Assembly (NCBI GenBank): GCA_963771465.1
Contig: CAVYTU010000011.1
Location: forward strand, 32,001-96,000
Direction: 5' to 3'
DNA: 64,000 bases
From: an uncultured delta proteobacterium
GTDB taxonomy: Bacteria > Desulfobacterota > Binatia > UBA9968
A model generated the notes under the pieces. It was not told the DNA's origin and did not search any database. It was given only the letters and a program-made list of their open reading frames with translations. Made by a program: the position numbers and the translations under genes. Position 1 is the stretch's first letter, and each line of letters begins with the position of its first letter. Below, piece after piece: positions 11,049 to 22,838 of the stretch.

Positions 11049-11830
11049 TGTTTAGTATTTTTGACTTTGGCGCCAACTGGGAAGAGTTTTCAAAGCGTCG
11101 CGTTGATCGCCAACGTTTGGAGCTGGCCTGCGAATCATTGCAATCTTTATTAGAGCAGAAAAGTTTAGAGGGAAAGAGTTTTCTCGACGTGGGCTGTGGT
11201 AGCGGACTTTTCTCGATTGCAGCACACCGGCTCGGTGCGGCGAAAGTCGTTGGTATCGACGTTAACCCAGTTTGTATCGAAATTTCTCAAGACCAACCGT
11301 GACCTTTTGGCACCGGGTGCGCCGATTTAGAGTTTCATGTCGCCTCGGCTTTGGAACCCGAACAACTCAAGCCTTTCGGAACATTTGATCTCGTTTACGC
11401 TTGGGGGTCGTTGCATCACACCGGATCGATGTGGAACGCCATTCGAAACGTTTCGAGATGCGTTGCGCCCAAAGGAATATTGATTTTGGCGATCTACAAT
11501 AAGCACATCACATCACCAGTGTGGAAAGCCATTAAATGGATTTACAATCAGATGCCCGGATTCGTCCAGCGGTTCATGATCCTAATATTCGCGGGAATTA
11601 TTTACGTTGCGAAATTTCTGGTTACTCGAACCAATCCTTTGAAGAAAGAACGCGGCATGGACTTCTGGTTCGATGTGATTGATTGGGTCGGTGGTTATCC
11701 TTACGAGTATGCAGCACCCACGGACATAGAACGATCCATCCGCGACCGCGGATTTTCGCTGCAGCGTTATATCCCAGCTCAAGTGCCAACGGGATGCAAT
11801 GAATTTGTCTTCCGTAAACTCATGCCATGA
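11048..11830 (+). CDS. class I SAM-dependent methyltransferase (frameshifted around 11290-11330)
   Basis: FDFGANW and LDVGCGSG in one frame; WGSLHHTG and DWVGGYPYE in another. Confidence 0.82.
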
Positions 11831-12965
11831 AGATTGCGTACTTCATTGACAACTTGCGGGGTGACGGAACCCAGCGTGCATTGACTCAGTTGGTTCACGG
11901 TCTCGCTAAACGAGGTCATAGTCAGAAAGTGTTATGTCTTAACAACTCATACGACAGCGTAATTATCGACGAACTGCGAAATATACCGGTTGAGGTTCGG
12001 ATAGTGGGCAAATGGGCATTGGCAATTGGATACGGTTTGTTGTCGACCAGGACATGGTTGAAACGCGAGAAATTCGACGTAGTAGTTACAATGCTTTTTG
12101 CGGCTGATGTCATTGGCCGTGTTCTAGCACGGTGGGTAGGTGTTCCCGAATTATCTCGTCGCTCCGTGCTCGAAACGTGCATTATTCATGGTTACAACGT
12201 TGGCTGGTTCGGGTCACCATGGATGCGGCGGACGCCGTCGTTATCAACAGTCCGCACTCGAGGGAGTTTGCAATCAAAATAGAAGGAGTCCAACCCGATC
12301 GTATTTTCTTGATTCCTAACGGGGTGGAGGTCGACAAATACACCACACCGGTTCGTCGAGAACTACTCCGTAAAGAAATGGGTTTGCAGAGTTATGAGTG
12401 CATGCTTGGTACTGTGGGCCGTCTGACAGAACAAAAAGGCATAGATATATTGCTACTCGCGCTTTCAGTTTTGAGTAAACCAGAATTGAAACTTGTGATT
12501 TTTGGAAACGGCGGGGATGAAGCTCGATTACGCGCACTTAGCGTCAAACTGGGCCTAGAGTCACAAGTACATTTTGCGGGATATCGTAGAGATCTTTCGA
12601 CTCTGCTAGGCGCGTTGGACCTATACGTTCATCCGGCCCGCTTCGAAGGGATGCCTAACGCGTTGTTGGAAGCCATGGCAGCAGCTTGTCCCATCGTCGC
12701 GACAGCAGTCGACGGCAACCGTGAGTTAATTGCAGATGGGAAGCATGGATGGCTAGTACCGTCAGAGAGCCCGACAGAATTAGCTAATGCCATAAACGAA
12801 GCACTGAGTGACCCTGCTGAGGCGCACCTCCGCGGAGCCCTGGCGCGTGAGCGCGTACGCGAAGATTTCTCAGTCGATTCCATGGTTGCAGCCTGGGAAG
12901 CAGTGCTATTAGTGGAAAGATCAAATTCAAACAGCAAAAAATTGGCCTTTCGCTATGCAAGGTGA
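11827..12965 (+). CDS. GT4 glycosyltransferase (frameshift near 12145)
   Basis: N-terminal GDGTQR; IPNGVE, GRLTEQKG, EGMPNALLEAMAA. Confidence 0.88.
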
Positions 12966-13911
12966 CGCAATCGACCGGATCGAAGAAAATGCGGTGCGTA
13001 CAATTCCCACATTGACGATACTGCGATGGATAGTTCAACTTGGATTTGGGATTATCCTTCTATGGTGGATAGTCCGCTGGGTCGATGTTGATTCCGAACG
13101 TCTTTGGACAGCCGTAGGAAAGGCATCTCCTTTGGATCTTGCACTAGCTGTTGTGTTCTTCGTGATCTCCATCGGGCTCAAAACGATGCAATTCCGAATT
13201 TGTTTATCCTCGAACGTTTCAAACAAATATCTGTTTGGATTGCTTCTGTCCCAGAACGCACTTCTAACGATCTTACCTTGGAGAATCGGCGAAATCAGCC
13301 TGCCATTATTGTTGCGACGAAACCAAGATGTTCCACTGACAAAAAGTGTATCTAACATTTTGATGATTCGTTTGATCGACTTCGCATTTATTATCGTAGT
13401 CGCTGCCGCGACAAGCGGGCCTAAGATTCGTATCTATGTTTCATGGGTGACTCTATTTGTGATCGTTGTTATCCTAGGTTCGCTGTTTTATGCCGCTAAA
13501 CTTGTATTCCGACGAGTCCCAACACTCAAATTTGTCATTGCAATTAGCGTTGCATTTAAATCTCTTTCCAATCCCACAACTGTTGGTTCTATTGTCCTAT
13601 TTTCGGCCGGTGTGTTTGCCATGACTACGCTTCAGTCGGCATTTGCGCTTAGAGCCTTTGGCCTTACTATTCCGCTCCTGGAAGTTGCGATTCTAAATGC
13701 AGCAAGTCTTTTGGTTGCGGTATTACCATTACATCCTCCCGGCGGTTGGGGAACCATCGATCTGATCCAAGTTGTGTTGCTACACCAGCTCAATTTTCAA
13801 CCTGAGATTACGACACCAGTTATATTAGTGACACATTGTTTTTATACTCTACTCGTCCTATTGGGAGGAGGTTTTGGGTGGTGGCTATGTCGAAACATTT
13901 CCCACCGATAA
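12955..13911 (+). CDS. lysylphosphatidylglycerol synthase TM / flippase-like membrane protein
   Basis: Multiple TM segments; LPWRIGE and LPLHPPGGWG motifs typical of the LPG_synthase_TM family. Confidence 0.75.
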   Translation: MQGDAIDRIEENAVRTIPTLTILRWIVQLGFGIILLWWIVRWVDVDSERLWTAVGKASPLDLALAVVFFVISIGLKTMQFRICLSSNVSNKYLFGLLLSQNALLTILPWRIGEISLPLLLRRNQDVPLTKSVSNILMIRLIDFAFIIVVAAATSGPKIRIYVSWVTLFVIVVILGSLFYAAKLVFRRVPTLKFVIAISVAFKSLSNPTTVGSIVLFSAGVFAMTTLQSAFALRAFGLTIPLLEVAILNAASLLVAVLPLHPPGGWGTIDLIQVVLLHQLNFQPEITTPVILVTHCFYTLLVLLGGGFGWWLCRNISHR

Positions 13912-14654
13912 AGAAATTGCGTTCGGGCTTTCTGAACGATGATCGTTGGGAAGCGCCCGACCGCGGATTTTTCGGACACCGTGACATTCTCGTACAAAGC
14001 CGCGCGCGATACGAATTCGTTGCGCCACAAGTTCAGGGCAGCTTGTTGGACGTAGGGTGTGGTCGCGGTTATGGGTTTGAAGTTTTGGCGCCAAGATGCA
14101 CTAAACAGTTGGGTATCGATATCTCGCTGACGTTTCTGTCCGAAGCCCGGCGTCGATTTCCGAGCGTTTTCATTGCCTGTGCCCAGGGAGATTCGTTGCC
14201 GGTTGCCGATTGTTCTTTCGACACCATTTTAGCCTTTGAGGTTATCGAGCATGCTGAAAACGACCAATTGTTTCTCGATGAGTTGCGACGAGTAGCTCGT
14301 CCTGACGCTTTAGTCGCAGTGTCGACACCGAACCGCCTCGTGTCATCAGGCGATCGTCAGAAGCCATTAAATCGTTTTCACCACCGCGAATATACAGCAA
14401 GTGAGTTTGACAGTTTGCTTAAAAGCAACTTTGCATCGGTTGAACTATTCGGACAGCATGAGCGCTTAAATACCAAAAGTTCACGTAACAAGATCATTGA
14501 TCGAATCCCGATTCGATTCAAGTACGCTCTCCCACATCTGATTCAAACGTTGGCAAGCGTAATTATACGTCCACCATTGCGCTTGGATGAATGCCAATTC
14601 CAAACATCAAGTTTGGAGAGCGCTCCAACATTTTTGGCTGTGTGTCGACGGTAA
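13887..14654 (+). CDS. class I SAM-dependent methyltransferase
   Basis: LLDVGCGRGYG, FEVIEH, STPN, HHREY. Confidence 0.88.
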   Translation: MSKHFPPIKKLRSGFLNDDRWEAPDRGFFGHRDILVQSRARYEFVAPQVQGSLLDVGCGRGYGFEVLAPRCTKQLGIDISLTFLSEARRRFPSVFIACAQGDSLPVADCSFDTILAFEVIEHAENDQLFLDELRRVARPDALVAVSTPNRLVSSGDRQKPLNRFHHREYTASEFDSLLKSNFASVELFGQHERLNTKSSRNKIIDRIPIRFKYALPHLIQTLASVIIRPPLRLDECQFQTSSLESAPTFLAVCRR

Positions 14655-14678
14655 TTAGTGCGTCGATTCTGAAAAACA

Positions 14679-15473
14679 ATGAGTATTACCTGCACTGAAT
14701 ATCTCCGTTATGGTTGGCAAATTGTTATCGGGTCACGTATTCAAGGAGAAATTCAGATTTCTGAAGAACGGAAAGGGGATGTTTCGGCGTACTTAGGCAG
14801 TCACCGTGAACTAAAAATTCTCGATCTTGGCAACGGCGCCCTGCGTCCCCAATATACGATTCTGGCGGCGGAAGGGCACAATATCTTCGGTGTTGACCTA
14901 GTGAACCGACCAACTGCAAATTGGCTTGGTGCGGCTTATAAAATCGCTCGGTCAACCATGCGATGGAAATTAGGTTTGTCACCCATTGAACGAATGGAGC
15001 GACTTATTTGTGGCGACGTTACACATCTTCCGTTTCCGACCGCGTCATTCGACCTGGTTACTTCCGTCGCGGCCTTTGAGCATTTCCTTCAAGTACCTGA
15101 GGTCGTGTCAGAAGTTCTGCGCGTTTTGAAACCGGGCGGTGTCGTATATGCTCGGATTCACCTTTTCACTTCACCATCGGGTGGGCACAATATTAGAGTT
15201 GCCGAGGTTCCGTTGCGCCATGTGCCGAAGGGTGTCGAACCATGGGATCATTTAAGGAAGCGTCGGTTGCCTTTGGATGTACCTCTAAACGAATGGCGCC
15301 AGGACCAATATCTCAAAGAGTTTGGGAAGCATTTTGACCTCCTGAAACATTATTGTGCAATGCGAGAGGGTGAGGAACTTTTAACTCCTGCCTTAGAGGC
15401 CGAACTCTCGACCTACAGAAGGGACGAATTGACGTGTGGTGCCTACGTCATCGTCGGTAGAAAGCCGTTGTAG
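14679..15473 (+). CDS. class I SAM-dependent methyltransferase
   Basis: ILDLGNG, LPFPTASFDLV, FEH, RVLKPGG. Confidence 0.85.
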   Translation: MSITCTEYLRYGWQIVIGSRIQGEIQISEERKGDVSAYLGSHRELKILDLGNGALRPQYTILAAEGHNIFGVDLVNRPTANWLGAAYKIARSTMRWKLGLSPIERMERLICGDVTHLPFPTASFDLVTSVAAFEHFLQVPEVVSEVLRVLKPGGVVYARIHLFTSPSGGHNIRVAEVPLRHVPKGVEPWDHLRKRRLPLDVPLNEWRQDQYLKEFGKHFDLLKHYCAMREGEELLTPALEAELSTYRRDELTCGAYVIVGRKPL

Positions 15474-15678
15474 CCTATCCCCGTGTTATCAATCTATTTG
15501 TGTCGTGTGGGTAGTGGGTTCAGTCTCAGCCCTCTGCATCGGATACGAGTGAAAAAGGTTAGCACTCGGCCTAAAATCAACGCGAACAATCTTTTCCTAA
15601 GGGCTCATGCAATTTGATCAGGCGTGAGGTTAATATTTCGAGTATGCCATCATCTCGACTATTCGAGTCTCGTCTAAT

Positions 15679-18600
15679 CTAATTTGTCCCTCGCGTATCG
15701 TTAACGGTGAGCGGTGTGGTACCGATGAGACTGAAACTATTCGATCCAGTCTGGTTGTAGACTTCGACGGTTACCGGTCCAGCGCTTAGTCCGGGCGCGG
15801 GCCACCGATGCTAGTGGCGTCAGTGGGAAAGGGAACGGTGAGACTGGTTCCGGTACTGGAGGTGGCGCGAGCCTGGGCAATCGCCAAGCCGTTACGAACG
15901 AAGTTAACAACGGGCAGACCGAAGCCTTGATTGGTGAAACCGCCTCCGTTGATGGTGAAAGCGGCAGGTGGTGAAGCTAGATCGATGGGATTCGGCGTAA
16001 TTGAGCTGACACTAGGCGCAGCGCTCATATCGTTAACGGTGAGCGGTGTGGTACCGATGAGACTGAAACTATTCGATCCAGTCTGGTTGTAGACTTCGAC
16101 GGTTACCGGTCCAGCGCTTAGTCCTGGGCGCGGGCCACCGATGCTGGTGGCGTTAGTGGGAAAGGGGACGGTGAGAGTGGTTCCGGTAGTGGAGGTGGCG
16201 CGAGCTTGAGCGATAGCCAGACCGTTGCGCGCGAAGTTAACAACGGGCAGACCAAAGCCTTGATTGGTAAAACCACCTCCGTTGATGGTGAAAGCGGCGG
16301 GTGGTGAAGCTAGGTCGATGGGATTGGGCGTAATTGAGCTGACACTAGGCGCAGTGCGCGTATCGTTAACGGTGAGCGGTGTGGTACCGATGAGACTGAA
16401 ACTATTCGATCAGTCTGGTTGTAGACTTCGACGGTTACCGGTCCAGCGCTTAGTCCTGGGCGCGGGCCACCGATGCTGGTGGCGTTAGTGGGAAAGGGGA
16501 CGGTGAGAGTGGTTCCGGTAGTGGAGGTGGCGCGAGCTTGAGCGATAGCCAGACCGTTGCGCGCGAAGTTAACGACGGGCAGACCAAAGCCTTGATTCGT
16601 AAAACCACCTCCGTTGATGGTGAAAGTAGCGGGTGGAGAAGCTAGGTCGATCGGGTTCGGTGTAATTGAGCTGACACTGGGCGCAGCGCGCGTATCGTTT
16701 ACGGTGAGCGGTGTGGTGCCGATGAGGCTGAAACTACTGGATCCAGACTGGTTGTAAACCTCGACAGTTACCGGTCCAGCGCTTAGTCCTGGGCGCGGGC
16801 CACCGATGCTGGTGGCGTTAGTGGGAAAGGGGACGGTGAGAGTGGTTCCGGTAGTGGATGTGGCGCGAGCTTGAGCGATAGCCAGACCGTTGCGCGCGAA
16901 GTTAACGACGGGCAAGCCGAAGCCGAGATTGGCAAAGCCATTACCGGCAATGGTGAAAGTAGCGGGTGGAGAAGCTAGGTCGATCGGATTCGGTGTAATC
17001 GAGCTGACTTCGGCCCCAGCGCCGGTCACGGTGGCTGAAGCTCCAGCCCCGCCCGTGAAAATTACGTTACCGGCGAATGTTCCTAAAGATGTCGGCGCAA
17101 AACGCACTGTGACATTCTGACTCTGGCCGCCACTGAGACTGTACGTGCCCCCCGACACGATCGAATAGGGCGCGTTGGTTGTCGCGCTTCCCTCAAGTAT
17201 TCCCCCGCCGGTATTTCTGACTGTAAAATTCTTGTCGATGAAGCCACCCACGGCGACACCACCAAAGTTGATCGAGCTTGGCGTAACGCTGATTGTCGGG
17301 TTCGCAACGTTTACAGTCACCCGATCGTTGCCGGGGAATGTCAACGTATAAGTTCCGGCAGCCGTTGGTGTCCATTGAGCCTGAGTAAATCCCATCGCCT
17401 GCAGCTTGGTCCGAGCCGGCTCCGTCATCAGCCAGTGTTACCGTTCCACCTCCACTCACCGAGACACTTACGTTGCCGTTGGGATTGGCACAATTGATAT
17501 TCAACGACGCGAGCACCACCGGAACTCCGGGCGATGCGCTGATCGTACTGGCGACCGGTTGCAGGCGTGTTTGAATCGCGGAGTTCGAACAGGTCATGGC
17601 ACCGTTGGCATTGATACGTTTTCCGGTGATCGTATTCGCCATTGAGCTGACGGTATTTCCGCCGCTCAGTATGAGGTTTTTGATGACGCGCCAATCCCTA
17701 TTGAGATCTTGCGCTTTGAGCAATGCAGCGAGGCCGGTGACATGAGGGGTTGCCATCGAAGTGCCGTCGAGAGACGCATAATCTCCTCCGGGCACGGTGC
17801 TGAGTATGCCTTGTCCAGGGGCGCCGACATGGACTGTGCGGCGTCCGTAGTTGGAAAAGCCGGCTTTGGCATCGTTGCTTGTGGTTGCGGCGACGCAGAC
17901 GATATTCGCGAGGAAATAATTGCAGGGGTAGAACGGAGTCGTGTCGTTATTCTGTCCGATGCCAAACAAATTTCCATTGCCCGCCCCAGAGATGAAAAGT
18001 ATACCGGCCTGGCGTTGCTCGTTAATGGCGTCGTACAACGCCTGTGAATTCTCATCGCCGCCCCAGCTGTTGTTGCTAGCGACAATGTTTACGCCGCGTG
18101 CCTTGAGATCTTTAATATATTCTAGACACTCGATGGCGCCGTCCGTCGTAGCCGAACCATTGGCGTCAAAAAATTTGCACGCCAATAACTTTACGTTCCA
18201 GTTGACCCCGACGACGCCGGTGCCGTTGTTGCCCACTGCACCGATGGTGCCGGCGACATGGGTGCCGTGGTAGTGGTCGTCCATCGGGTCAGAGTCGCCA
18301 TTGGCCACGTCGATGCCGAAGCAGTCGTCGATGTAGCCATTGCCGTCGTCGTCTATGCCGTCGTTATTGCAGTCGGCCGTATTGCGGAACATGTTCGCTG
18401 CCAGATCCGGGTGATTGTAATCGATCCCGGTGTCGATGACGGCGACCACAACTTGACCGCTCCCGGTGGTAATATTCCACGCGCTTGGGGCGCTGATCTT
18501 GGTCAAGCCCCAGAGACTGCCATAACTTGGATCGTTGGGAGTCGCAGTAATTTTGGCATTGGCCGTCAAGTGCAAGATATGGTTAGGTTCAGCGTACAAG

Positions 18601-18899
18601 ACATCGGGGTCTTGATGGTAGAGATCGATGGCTTCTTCTACCGTAACATTGTGTGGCAGCTTGACGACTTCGAGTCCGGGAACGATTCTAAAAAGTTTCT
18701 TACGATTGCCCAAAACTCGGAAGCGGGCGAGATCTCTACGCGCTTCGTCGACGCCATCGCGAAACCTAACGATGATCTCGTCCGAGACATGCGCGATCAC
18801 CTTGCTGTCAGCTTGGGCGGCGTACAGGAATCCCGATCGAGTGTCCCAGCCAAAAAAAGCGACCAAAAACACCAGCGTTAAACCAAGCTGCGTAATCAT
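15679..18899 (-). CDS. secreted S8 subtilisin-like serine protease with C-terminal Ig-like domains and four tandem 111-aa repeats (three 1-bp frameshifts at about 17378, 16410 and 15790)
   Basis: Signal peptide; triad VIDTG, HGTHVAG, GTSMATPHV; DDG...GDGIYSG module; ASH/choice-of-anchor-D-like domain; repeated SSITPNPIDLASPP; stop at 15679. Confidence 0.88.
15694..17009 (-). repeat. four near-identical tandem 333-bp coding repeats (IPT/TIG-like beta domains)
   Basis: Equivalent positions at 15694, 16026, 16359 and 16691 (spacing 332/333/332; the two 332 spacings coincide with the frameshifts). Confidence 0.95.
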
Positions 18900-19393
18900 G
18901 ACTCCCTCCTGAACATAACGTTAGGTTCGCCATTTTTTGCGACACGGACCATGTGAAAGGGTTGCGTCAATGCTTGTGTGGTCATGGCGCCCGGCGCTGG
19001 TTGGAACTCCTTGTACGAAACTACAAGGTCTCGATCTTTTCGTTCTATGAACGTCATCTCCACGGCGTATCCGCCGGTCGGTTTCTCGCCGAGGAAGATC
19101 GCAATGACAAATTCTTTGTTGAAGTCGACTACGGGGGGCGCTGATGGATTCGTCTCCGTGGCAATATGCCGCTGCCAAAGTGTTGCCCATTCAGTTTGAT
19201 TGCGCGTGACTTGCTGCAAAAACTCGCGCACGCCGCTGCGATTGCCTTTAGCGATGGTTTGAAAGGCGACCTGGATCGTCGAGGTTGGCGCGGTCTCCAT
19301 GACGGCGATTCCCTCAGTTTGCTTCTGCGAGGTCAAATGACCCAGTACGGCAAATGAAAGAAGGAGCAAAGGTATGTGGCAAATCCAAATCAT
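18896..19393 (-). CDS. protease complex subunit PrcB-family protein
   Basis: PVVDF..EFVIAIFLGEKPTGGYAV...TQALTQPFHMVRV is the PrcB_C pattern; overlaps the S8 gene start. Confidence 0.85.
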   Translation of the reverse strand: MIWICHIPLLLLSFAVLGHLTSQKQTEGIAVMETAPTSTIQVAFQTIAKGNRSGVREFLQQVTRNQTEWATLWQRHIATETNPSAPPVVDFNKEFVIAIFLGEKPTGGYAVEMTFIERKDRDLVVSYKEFQPAPGAMTTQALTQPFHMVRVAKNGEPNVMFRRES

Positions 19394-19689
19394 TAGCCCT
19401 CGGCTTCCCGAGCAAGCAGCCTCCGCGGCGCTTAACCGGTTGGACGACTGATCTAGTACAGAGAGGCCCGGTCCGTCAACACGTCAAAAGTAGTCAACTT
19501 TCGTACGTGAAGAGCGGGTAGAAACTGTCTTCTTCTAAGGAGATATTTTCGAGCTTATGGCTGTCGGGCCGCGCTGCCTTAGTCGCTAGAGAGCTATGAC
19601 CATGTGCAGAGGCTGCAAACCTGTCTGGATGACGTTGCGGAGATAATCCAGTAGAATGCCGGATTTGTAACACGAGCTTCAAATTAAAC

Positions 19690-21198
19690 ATGCGACCTAT
19701 TCTTAGCCATCAAGTTCTTTTTGCAATGGGCTGTACTCTAGTACTTGCGTTGTTGGTACGTCTCGATGCGGCTCCGCCGGTATGGTGGGATGAGGGTTGG
19801 ACATTGTCCGTGGCTCGGAATTGGGTGGAATTGGGGCATTACGGCCGATTGCTAGACGGGCAGCCGGCGCCTCGCGGCTTGGAGGCAAGTTTCCCTGTTA
19901 CAGCCAGCATCGCTCTCGCTTTTCATCTTTTCGGCGTCGGCATCTATCAGGCGCGGCTTGTCGCAGTCGTTTTTACCTTGGCTACTCTCGTGCTTATGTA
20001 CGAGCTCACCCGCAGTTTCTATAATCGCTCGATCGCCCTGGCGACGCTGATTGTCGTAATCGTGATGAGCGGGCGCGGCGACATGAATCCGCTGATCGTT
20101 GGCCGGCAGGTATTGGCCGAAATTCCGATGCTGTTTTTCTTGCTTGCGGGCTATCTCTGCTTCCTTGCGGCCGAAAAGCGCGCGTTTGTATTCATACCCG
20201 CATCGATTTGTTTTTGGTCGGTTGCCCTCGTGGCAAAAGCTCAATCCTTTCCGTTTTGGGTGTTAGCTTTGGCGTTACCGCTATTATGTACGTTGGTTCG
20301 CCAACAGTGGCGCAGCGCGCGGCTGTTTGGCGCGGCTTTCGTTGGCACGCTGGCGCTCTACCAGTGTTTGCAATATCTGTTCGCTCTTTTTGCGCCATCG
20401 CCGCCGGTATCAGGGTTGGCGGAAATCGTCGCTCTGGTACTAGTCAAAGAGACGCGGGTGACCACTCTCATCGAAACATTCCAATTTGGTATGCCGACAC
20501 TGCTGGGGCTGTGCTGGGGCCTGAGGAGCTTTCTAAGGAGCGAGAGCAAACTACAAAGCCATCTTGACCTGGTTCGTTTCTCTTTCCTGGTTTTAGCTGG
20601 GAGTTGGTTTGGGTGGTTTGTCTTCTTGTCGATCGGCTACGCCCGATACATGTTTCCTCCAGTATTTTTGAGTGCTGTCTTTGTTGCTGTCATGCTCGAC
20701 GAATGGACCAATCATTTCGATGTCGAGTATATGCGCGAGCAATCGGTAAGTGTTCTCCAAAAGTTACAATTCCATTGGCACAAACTCTCTGCATTTGCTG
20801 CGACCGTCCTGATCGCGTTGTCGCTTGGACAAAGTTTGGGCGGTTTTTACGGAGCCTTTGTGCTTGCGTCAGATAATTCGATTCATGATACCATTCGGTT
20901 TCTAAACACCGTCACGCCTCCCAATGCGTTGATTGAAACCTTCGAGAGCGAGCTCTTGTTTCTGCTGGATCGCCGCTATCACTATCCGCCCGATCAGGTG
21001 CATGTCGAACTGATTCGCCGCTTGACCTTCGACTACCGCCTAAAGATCGACTACGATCCGCTAGCAGCGAATCCCGACTATCTGGTCGTCGGCCATCAAA
21101 GCAAATACATGGGTCTTTACGACCCGTATTTGAATACCAGAGCCTTTCGTTTGGTGAAGAAATTCTCGAGGTACGACATCTACGAACGGGTGAGATGA
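19690..21198 (+). CDS. GT-C fold glycosyltransferase (ArnT/PMT-like, GT39/GT83)
   Basis: WWDEGW after first TM, about 11 TM segments, ARL, RYMFP. Confidence 0.8.
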   Translation: MRPILSHQVLFAMGCTLVLALLVRLDAAPPVWWDEGWTLSVARNWVELGHYGRLLDGQPAPRGLEASFPVTASIALAFHLFGVGIYQARLVAVVFTLATLVLMYELTRSFYNRSIALATLIVVIVMSGRGDMNPLIVGRQVLAEIPMLFFLLAGYLCFLAAEKRAFVFIPASICFWSVALVAKAQSFPFWVLALALPLLCTLVRQQWRSARLFGAAFVGTLALYQCLQYLFALFAPSPPVSGLAEIVALVLVKETRVTTLIETFQFGMPTLLGLCWGLRSFLRSESKLQSHLDLVRFSFLVLAGSWFGWFVFLSIGYARYMFPPVFLSAVFVAVMLDEWTNHFDVEYMREQSVSVLQKLQFHWHKLSAFAATVLIALSLGQSLGGFYGAFVLASDNSIHDTIRFLNTVTPPNALIETFESELLFLLDRRYHYPPDQVHVELIRRLTFDYRLKIDYDPLAANPDYLVVGHQSKYMGLYDPYLNTRAFRLVKKFSRYDIYERVR

Positions 21199-21251
21199 TT
21201 TGGCTCGGTTTCTCGCGTCATTACGAATAAACCATCGCGGCCAGCGGTGTT

Positions 21252-21280
21252 TTGACTCTCTTCCCTCCATCCATTACATT
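21252..21280 (+). promoter_or_regulatory. sigma70-type promoter upstream of glyQS
   Basis: TTGACT-N17-TACATT. Confidence 0.5.
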
Positions 21281-21311
21281 GTGGGAATTCCCTTCCAGAT
21301 TGGATCTATTG

Positions 21312-22763
21312 ATGGTTGAGATGGACAAGATTGTGTCGCTGTGTAAGCGGCGCGGGTTTATTTTTCAGTCGAGTGAGATTTATGGCGGGACGGGTTCCTG
21401 CTGGGACTACGGGCCGCTTGGCGTCGAGCTTAAGAACAACGTCAAGCGCGCTTGGTGGCGCGACTCGGTGCAGAACCGCGCCGATATGGTCGGGCTCGAC
21501 TCGTCGATTCTGATGCATCCGCGGGTTTGGCAGGCGAGCGGCCATCTGGACCATTTCACCGATCCGATGGTTGATTGCCGCGCTTGCAAGAAGCGCTTTC
21601 GTTCCGACAAAATCGATGAGGATATTTGGCTGCATTTCTGCGAAGCGACCAAGGGCAATAAATTCAATATTCCCGGCGGCGAAGCGTGCAAGCATTGCGG
21701 CAAGACGCGAACGCTTTGTCCGGCCTGCGGCAAGGGCGAGCTCACCGAGCCGCGCCAATTCAACTTGATGTTCAAGACGTTCATGGGGCCGGTGGAAGAA
21801 GACGCGGCGGTGGCCTATTTACGCCCGGAAACTGCCCAGGGCATCTTCGTCAACTTCGATAACGTGCTGCAGTCGATGCGCCTGAAACTGCCATTCGGTA
21901 TCGCCCAGATCGGTAAATCTTTTCGCAACGAAATCACGCCGGGCAACTTCACTTTTCGCACCCGCGAGTTCGAGCAGATGGAAATCGAGTTTTTCGTCAT
22001 GCCGGGCACGGATGAAGCGTGGCATCAGCGCTGGCTCGACGAACGCTTCGCCTGGTATCCGAAATACGGCATCCGCAAGGAAAATCTCCGCCTCCGTGAG
22101 CATGAAAAAGACGAACTGGCGCACTATGCTAAGCGTACGGCGGATATTGAGTATCTGTTCCCAATGGGCTGGAGCGAATTAGAAGGCGTCGCCAATCGCA
22201 CCGATTTCGATCTGAAACAGCACGCCGAGTTCAGTGGCAAGGCGCTCGACTATTTCGACGAGGAGACCAAACAGAAAATAATCCCCTACGTCATCGAACC
22301 TTCGGCCGGCGCCGACCGCGGCACGCTGGCATTTCTCGTCGACGCGTATCGCGAGGAAGAAGTGAAGGGCGAGAAGCGCGTGGTCTTGAATCTTCATCCT
22401 GAGCTGGCGCCGATCAAGATCGCCGTGCTGCCGCTGCTCAAGAAAAATTCCCGCATCGTCGAGACCGCGCACAAGCTCTGCGCTGATTTGCGCAAGCGTT
22501 GGCATTCCGTTTACGACGACACGGCGTCCATCGGCCGGCTTTACCGCCGGCAAGATGAAGTCGGCACGCCGTTTTGCGCCACGGTGGATGTTCAGACCGT
22601 CGGCGATGACAACGCGGCGGCCGACGATAAGGTCACCATTCGCGATCGCGACACGATGCAACAGATTCGCGTCGCGTTCAGTGCATTGCCCACAGTGATG
22701 GAGAAGCTCATGGCCGGGGAGTGGACCAGTGTTTATCGCGACCACGGCGTGTCGAAGACTTAA
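21312..22763 (+). CDS. glyQS: glycine--tRNA ligase (alpha2 type)
   Basis: [48 protein letters not shown]. Confidence 0.96.
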   Translation: MVEMDKIVSLCKRRGFIFQSSEIYGGTGSCWDYGPLGVELKNNVKRAWWRDSVQNRADMVGLDSSILMHPRVWQASGHLDHFTDPMVDCRACKKRFRSDKIDEDIWLHFCEATKGNKFNIPGGEACKHCGKTRTLCPACGKGELTEPRQFNLMFKTFMGPVEEDAAVAYLRPETAQGIFVNFDNVLQSMRLKLPFGIAQIGKSFRNEITPGNFTFRTREFEQMEIEFFVMPGTDEAWHQRWLDERFAWYPKYGIRKENLRLREHEKDELAHYAKRTADIEYLFPMGWSELEGVANRTDFDLKQHAEFSGKALDYFDEETKQKIIPYVIEPSAGADRGTLAFLVDAYREEEVKGEKRVVLNLHPELAPIKIAVLPLLKKNSRIVETAHKLCADLRKRWHSVYDDTASIGRLYRRQDEVGTPFCATVDVQTVGDDNAAADDKVTIRDRDTMQQIRVAFSALPTVMEKLMAGEWTSVYRDHGVSKT

Positions 22764-22838
22764 GTTTGTCCAGTTCTCGATCTGACCGACAACCCAAAGG
22801 ATAGGGCGATTCTTCGCTATTACGACCGCGTCAAGTTT

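Noticed and set aside
15694-17009. Repeats as a CRISPR array or DGR template/variable regions
   Set aside because: Units are 333-bp in-frame coding domains without spacers; no cas or reverse transcriptase gene in the window.
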